This document shows, in pieces, positions 7,099-10,615 of a DNA stretch of 10,615 nucleotides (the first letter of the stretch is position 1; every line of letters starts with the position of its first letter). Origin of the DNA: Fibrobacterota bacterium. GTDB taxonomy: Bacteria > Fibrobacterota > Fibrobacteria > UBA11236. The position numbers and the translations under genes are program-made. Location of the stretch: the NCBI GenBank assembly GCA_043753995.1, contig JAYUVP010000225.1, forward strand, positions 1 through 10,615, in the 5' to 3' direction. Under the pieces are notes generated by a model. The model had not been told where the DNA came from. It searched no databases and saw only the letters and a list, made by a program, of their open reading frames with translations.

Positions 7099-8114
7099 AC
7101 CTTCGGCCTCTCCCTGCGGGCCTTGGGCATCCATTGCATCAGCCTTTCGCCAATAGCTAAGCCATGCCTCTGGGCATGCAAGCGAAAAAGATTCGCAATC
7201 ATGTCGGCCATGGCCCCGGTGCCGCGCATGCGATCGCCGAAGCGTGCGTCATACATTTCCCCGTCGCGCAAATCACGCACATGATGTTCGACCTTGCCCG
7301 CTTGCAGCGGGAATTCCGCTTTCAGTCTTTGCAAGAAAACGCCTTCGACGGCTCCGGGCAAACGCAGCATGGTGTAAAAGGCGAAACGCGCTCCCGCGCC
7401 GGCGGCGCGTTCCAGCAATTTGGGAATATGGCTGTCGGTCAATCCGGGAATCACCGGCCCCAGGGAAATGCCCGTGTGAATGCCGAGCGCTGATAATTTT
7501 TCCAAGGCGCGAAAGCGCTGATCGGGCGCGGCAGCATAGGGTTCGAGCTTGCGCGCCATGTCGGCGTCGCCTATGGGTATGGACAAAACCACATTGCAGC
7601 CCGCGGCATCCTTCAAGCTTTGCAAAACGTCGGCATCGCGCAAAATCAAGGTCGACTTGGTGATAATGCCCGCCGCATTCGCCTCTTCGGCGCAGACTTG
7701 AAGGCATTGCCGCGTCAATTTGAGCGCCGACTCGGCGGGTTGATAGCAATCGGTCACCCCCGAAAAAGCAATGGGTTCACCGTCCCACTTGGCCTGCTGT
7801 AATTCCTGGCGCAATAAAATCGGGGCATTTATTTTGGCGATGATTTGCGTATCGAAATCGGTGCCTGCGCCGAAGCCGAGATATTCGTGATAAGGCCGGG
7901 CATAGCAATAGGCGCAGGCATGGGCACAACCGCGATAAGGATTGGCCGACCAGCGAAAGGGCAAATCGGGACTGTCATTGCGCGACAGCAGGGATTTGCC
8001 CTGCTCGCGATAGAGCTTCAGGTTTTGCGGCCTTTCAATGCCGTCTTCGTATTCCACCGAAACCGCTTCGAAGCGGTTCTGCGGATTATCCGCCTGTCTT
8101 TGGCGATAGCCCAT
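7077..8114 (-). CDS. PA0069-family radical SAM protein (SplB-related, putative DNA repair)
   Basis: CxxxCxxC in NPYRGCAHACAYCYARPYHEYLG, plus family-like segments SPDLPFRWS, GTDFDTQIIAKINAP, SGVTDCYQPAE, IITKS.LILRD, ARKLEP.A, PVIPGLTD, MLRLP, FGDRMRGTG. ATG 8114 is preceded by TAGGTG and preferred over GTG 8129. Overlaps the convergent gene by 22 bp. Confidence 0.92.
   Translation of the reverse strand: MGYRQRQADNPQNRFEAVSVEYEDGIERPQNLKLYREQGKSLLSRNDSPDLPFRWSANPYRGCAHACAYCYARPYHEYLGFGAGTDFDTQIIAKINAPILLRQELQQAKWDGEPIAFSGVTDCYQPAESALKLTRQCLQVCAEEANAAGIITKSTLILRDADVLQSLKDAAGCNVVLSIPIGDADMARKLEPYAAAPDQRFRALEKLSALGIHTGISLGPVIPGLTDSHIPKLLERAAGAGARFAFYTMLRLPGAVEGVFLQRLKAEFPLQAGKVEHHVRDLRDGEMYDARFGDRMRGTGAMADMIANLFRLHAQRHGLAIGERLMQWMPKARRERPKVQQDLFD
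8061..8078. repeat. Perfect 18-bp palindrome AACCGCTTCGAAGCGGTT
   Basis: Read directly. AACCGCTTC is the exact reverse complement of GAAGCGGTT. Lies inside the radical SAM 5' coding region and overlaps the edge of direct-repeat copy A. Confidence 0.9.
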
Positions 8115-8117
8115 GGC
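8072..8117. repeat. 46-bp direct repeat, copy A (contains the radical SAM start codon)
   Basis: AGCGGTTCTGCGGATTATCCGCCTGTCTTTGGCGATAGCCCATGGC, 43/46 identical to 9275-9320 without gaps. Confidence 0.95.
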
Positions 8118-8132
8118 ACCTAGGAGCACGAT

Positions 8133-9200
8133 TCAAAAGGCAAGTATCAGATAGGGCAAAAATCCCCCCGTGCGGGGGTGATAAAGCCCAAAGAGCAGGG
8201 TCTTATCATGATCGGCTGTGCCCAGCAAATCCTTATGGGCGGCGTCACAATAATACCGGGTGTAATTATCATCGTGATTAGAGAGATAGCCTTCCAGGTA
8301 AAGTGTATGCTCACCCTTCTTGAGCACCGCATGGTACTTGCCATCAAACTTCCATTCTGACTTCTCGCCTTCGTAGATGCGAATGGCCGATCCACCGAAA
8401 ACCTGATCGACATGATAAAACCTGCTGTGATACTCCGTTCCGGAGTAATCCAGTTGGAAGCTTCGGTTTTCGAAGCGCGTCTTCATCTGGTAGAAATTTT
8501 CAACGGGAGTGGTCATCACCAGCTTGAGGCTGTCTCTCACGCTGTCACCGGGAGCTTCGGTGGTCGTATCATCGTAGGCATGCTCATACCAACCCAGCGT
8601 ACCTACCGAGGCGCCGAGGGTATGCAAATCGGGGTAATGGACGGTGAACTTCGGGGTGAGACCCGCCATGCGCCACTTTACGTCGGCCAGGTCATATAAG
8701 GGACCGCGTTCCTTGATATCTATGCCGCTGAAGGAAACCTCAAACTTAGGAACATAGGATTTCAAATCGAAGATGTTATAAGGGATGGTATCACCCACCC
8801 GGAAGGTCTGGTAATCCTTGGTGAAGACGAAGGCGATGGTCGCGAAATTGGAGCCGCGTCCATAACGATAAACGCCATCCTGAAAGGTGAGTTCGAATTT
8901 GTCCATAACATCGAAGTCCACGCCGTTCAAAATGAAGCCCAAGAGGAAGCGGCCCAGGAAGGCATTGTTCCAATTGGCATCGCGGGAATGGCGGCTAGCC
9001 AGGATTAGGCTACCGTCCAAGATATCCAATTGCTCCGACATGGTGAGAGTATCACCACATGCCTCGACATGGGTCCGGGCGCTCAGGTCCCCTGGATCGC
9101 CGTTTTCTGAATCGGATCCGCCACAGGCGAAAAGCAGCGACAATGTCAGAAAAAGCAGGCCTAGAAAAAAAATACGCCAAACCGGATTGAGCTTGACCAT
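8133..9200 (-). CDS. Hypothetical lipoprotein (355 aa)
   Basis: Strong SD GGGAGG upstream of ATG 9200. Basic N-terminus, hydrophobic stretch and lipobox LFA-C, then a polar linker GGSDSENGDPG. Mature part is aromatic-rich with beta-strand-like alternation. No family recognised. Confidence 0.85.
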   Translation of the reverse strand: MVKLNPVWRIFFLGLLFLTLSLLFACGGSDSENGDPGDLSARTHVEACGDTLTMSEQLDILDGSLILASRHSRDANWNNAFLGRFLLGFILNGVDFDVMDKFELTFQDGVYRYGRGSNFATIAFVFTKDYQTFRVGDTIPYNIFDLKSYVPKFEVSFSGIDIKERGPLYDLADVKWRMAGLTPKFTVHYPDLHTLGASVGTLGWYEHAYDDTTTEAPGDSVRDSLKLVMTTPVENFYQMKTRFENRSFQLDYSGTEYHSRFYHVDQVFGGSAIRIYEGEKSEWKFDGKYHAVLKKGEHTLYLEGYLSNHDDNYTRYYCDAAHKDLLGTADHDKTLLFGLYHPRTGGFLPYLILAF

Positions 9201-9230
9201 CTGAATTCCTCCCGTTTTACCTTCACGCTC

Positions 9231-9317
9231 TCACCTAGGACGTCCCGCGAATATTCGAGGTAACCGTTCCGCCCAGCGGTTCTGGGGATTATCCGCCTGT
9301 CTTTGCCGAAAGCCCAT
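9231..9317 (-). pseudogene. Remnant 5' fragment of the radical SAM gene (28-codon mini-ORF MGFRQRQADNPQNRWAERLPRIFAGRPR)
   Basis: ATG at 9317, TGA at 9233-9231. The first 14 residues match the radical SAM N-terminus MGYRQRQADNPQNR at 13/14, after which similarity decays with indels. Confidence 0.7.
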
Positions 9318-9320
9318 GGC
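9275..9320. repeat. 46-bp direct repeat, copy B (contains the thioredoxin-family gene stop codon)
   Basis: AGCGGTTCTGGGGATTATCCGCCTGTCTTTGCCGAAAGCCCATGGC, 43/46 identical to 8072-8117. Confidence 0.95.
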
Positions 9321-9921
9321 GCGTGTACAGGTAATCCAAATCGCAAGCGTCGCCGGGCATCCAATGGCGCTCCTTGTCCCACCATTTCACATTGCAGCCG
9401 ATGGCATCGGTGCGATTCAATTTCACGGGACGGCCGGCCAGCATGTCGTCAATAGCGTCTTGCAATTCATGTGTTTCGGCCTTGGCCGCGTCACGGGGAG
9501 AATTGTCCATGCGTCCGCTATAAACCAACTTGCCTTCGGCGTCGAATAGGAAATAATGCGGCGTCCGCTCCGCTCCGTACGCGCGCGCGATGAGTTGGGC
9601 TTCGTCATCCAGAGAAAGCCAACGGAAATTTTTCTCGCGCATGCGCTCTAAGACCAGGGGCCAAGCATCGCTAGGATGTCCCGCGGTTTCATTGCTGTGA
9701 ATGCCGACCATGGTAATGCCGAGCTGCGCGATTTTCGTTTCCAAGGCCACCGCGCGATCTTCGCTGCCGATGACATAGGGACAGTGATTGCAGGTGAAAA
9801 AAATCAAGGTGCCGCTTTTGCCGCGCACCGCGTTTTCACCGCCGAAGGTATGGGTCTTTCCATCGCTGCCGGGGAGACGGAATTCAGGGGCGGAAGAGCC
9901 GGTGGGTAAGGTGAAAGACAT
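9289..9921 (-). CDS. Thioredoxin-family / peroxiredoxin-like protein (AhpC/TSA-redoxin, PRX_like1 type)
   Basis: SD GGAG before ATG 9921. GSSAPEFRLPGSDGK, FTCNHCPYV (CxxC), IHSN, IARAYGAERTPHYFLFD..GKLVYSGRMD, ELQDAID, AIGCNVKW are typical of this subfamily. Confidence 0.92.
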   Translation of the reverse strand: MSFTLPTGSSAPEFRLPGSDGKTHTFGGENAVRGKSGTLIFFTCNHCPYVIGSEDRAVALETKIAQLGITMVGIHSNETAGHPSDAWPLVLERMREKNFRWLSLDDEAQLIARAYGAERTPHYFLFDAEGKLVYSGRMDNSPRDAAKAETHELQDAIDDMLAGRPVKLNRTDAIGCNVKWWDKERHWMPGDACDLDYLYTRHGLSAKTGG

Positions 9922-9943
9922 GGTTAGCTCCGGAGGCGATGGA

Positions 9944-10438
9944 TTAAAGCTTTTTCACGTAAAATAGAGATTTACCGGCTTCTTTTACGTATTGGGCTTG
10001 ATTGAAGCCGTAGGAATGATAGACGGCTTGTGCGGTGAGGTTCTTCTCTTGAACTTCAAGGGTGAGTTTGCAGCACCCTGTCGCCAGCGCATGATTTTCG
10101 ACGGCTTTGAGGATTTGATTGCCAATGCCTTGGCCGCGCCATTGCGGCATGACGGCGAAGTCGTGAATATTGATGAGGGGTTTAGCGGCGAAGGTTGAAA
10201 AGCCTCGGAAGCAAACGGCGATACCGACCGGAATTTCATTCGAGAAGGCTAAGAAAGCTAAGGTCGTCGGGGTTGCCTTCAGGCCTTCGATCAAATGCTT
10301 GCTTGCATATTCGGAGAAGGGCTTGCCATCTCCCATGGCATCGCGTGAATACATATCGAGCAGAGCGAGAATGGCGCTTTGATGCTTGGGTGCATCCAAA
10401 TCGGCTTGCACGATTTCGATCGCGGTTACGGCCTTCAT
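9944..10438 (-). CDS. GNAT family N-acetyltransferase
   Basis: 164 aa. GIAVCFRGFSTFAAKPLINIHDFAV, acetyl-CoA motif A QWRGQGIG, GCCKLTLEVQEKN..AQAVY..YGF. Start overlaps the upstream stop (ATGA). Confidence 0.93.
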   Translation of the reverse strand: MKAVTAIEIVQADLDAPKHQSAILALLDMYSRDAMGDGKPFSEYASKHLIEGLKATPTTLAFLAFSNEIPVGIAVCFRGFSTFAAKPLINIHDFAVMPQWRGQGIGNQILKAVENHALATGCCKLTLEVQEKNLTAQAVYHSYGFNQAQYVKEAGKSLFYVKKL

Positions 10439-10615
10439 CGCATGCCGATGAGGTGACGCAGTTCGTCCATTCGGCGTGAGGCTTCTTCGCGAGCTTTGTC
10501 GCGGCCGCGTGTTAAAACGGTTTCGAGATGCCCGGGATCGGCCATGAGTTTTTGATAGGTCTGGCGTGGCGCGGTGAGGACTTCGTTCAGGCGCTCGAAA
10601 AACATTTTTTTGGCG
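10435..10615 (-). CDS. trpS: Tryptophanyl-tRNA synthetase, C-terminal 59 aa (partial, runs off the window)
   Basis: Not in the ORF track. My translation from 10614: AKKMFFERLNEVLTAPRQTYQKLMADPGHLETVLTRGRDKAREEASRRMDELRHLIGMR*. It fits the TrpRS C-terminal pattern (K..L.E.....L.P.R..Y..L..DP..LE.VL..G..KAR..A...M..LR..IG). TGA at 10437-10435 overlaps the GNAT ATG. Confidence 0.85.
   Translation of the reverse strand, partial: AKKMFFERLNEVLTAPRQTYQKLMADPGHLETVLTRGRDKAREEASRRMDELRHLIGMR

Noticed and set aside
7077..8114. Calling the radical SAM gene splB (spore photoproduct lyase)
   Set aside because: The motif context (NPYRGC.H.C.YCYARP.H.YLG...G.DF.T.I..K.NA) fits the PA0069/Rv2578c-like group, whose activity is not established.
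8118..9274. Insertion sequence, prophage or integron cassette between the direct repeats
   Set aside because: No transposase, integrase or phage gene, no terminal inverted repeats and no attC-like structure that I could identify. Mobility is inferred only from the duplication.
9161..9385. 74-aa - strand ORF bridging the thioredoxin and lipoprotein genes
   Set aside because: Overlaps both neighbours out of frame and has no motif. The region is better explained by the duplicated radical SAM fragment.

Overview
Bacterial chromosomal window, mostly about 55-60% GC by eye, with two convergent gene blocks. On the + strand is a complete five-gene Opp/Dpp-family ABC importer: a lipoprotein solute-binding protein, two permeases and two ATPases. 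The binding protein has the motifs of the oligosaccharide-binding branch (Thermotoga cellobiose/beta-glucan-binding-like) rather than the peptide-binding one. It is followed by a lower-GC, GT-C-like polytopic membrane protein that seems to have its own promoter and a leaderless mRNA. On the - strand, reading in from the right edge, are the 3' end of trpS (missed by the ORF track), a GNAT acetyltransferase, a CxxC peroxiredoxin-like/thioredoxin-family protein, an uncharacterised 355-aa lipoprotein and a PA0069-family radical SAM protein ending in a beta-clamp-like motif. The most unusual structure is a 46-bp direct repeat (43/46 identical, 8072-8117 and 9275-9320) flanking the lipoprotein gene. 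It is dual-coding: it holds both the thioredoxin gene's 3' end and the radical SAM gene's 5' end. This suggests the lipoprotein gene was inserted between two formerly overlapping genes, with the overlap duplicated. A 9-bp repeat and an 18-bp perfect palindrome sit at the junctions. No RNA genes, CRISPR array, transposase or integrase were seen.
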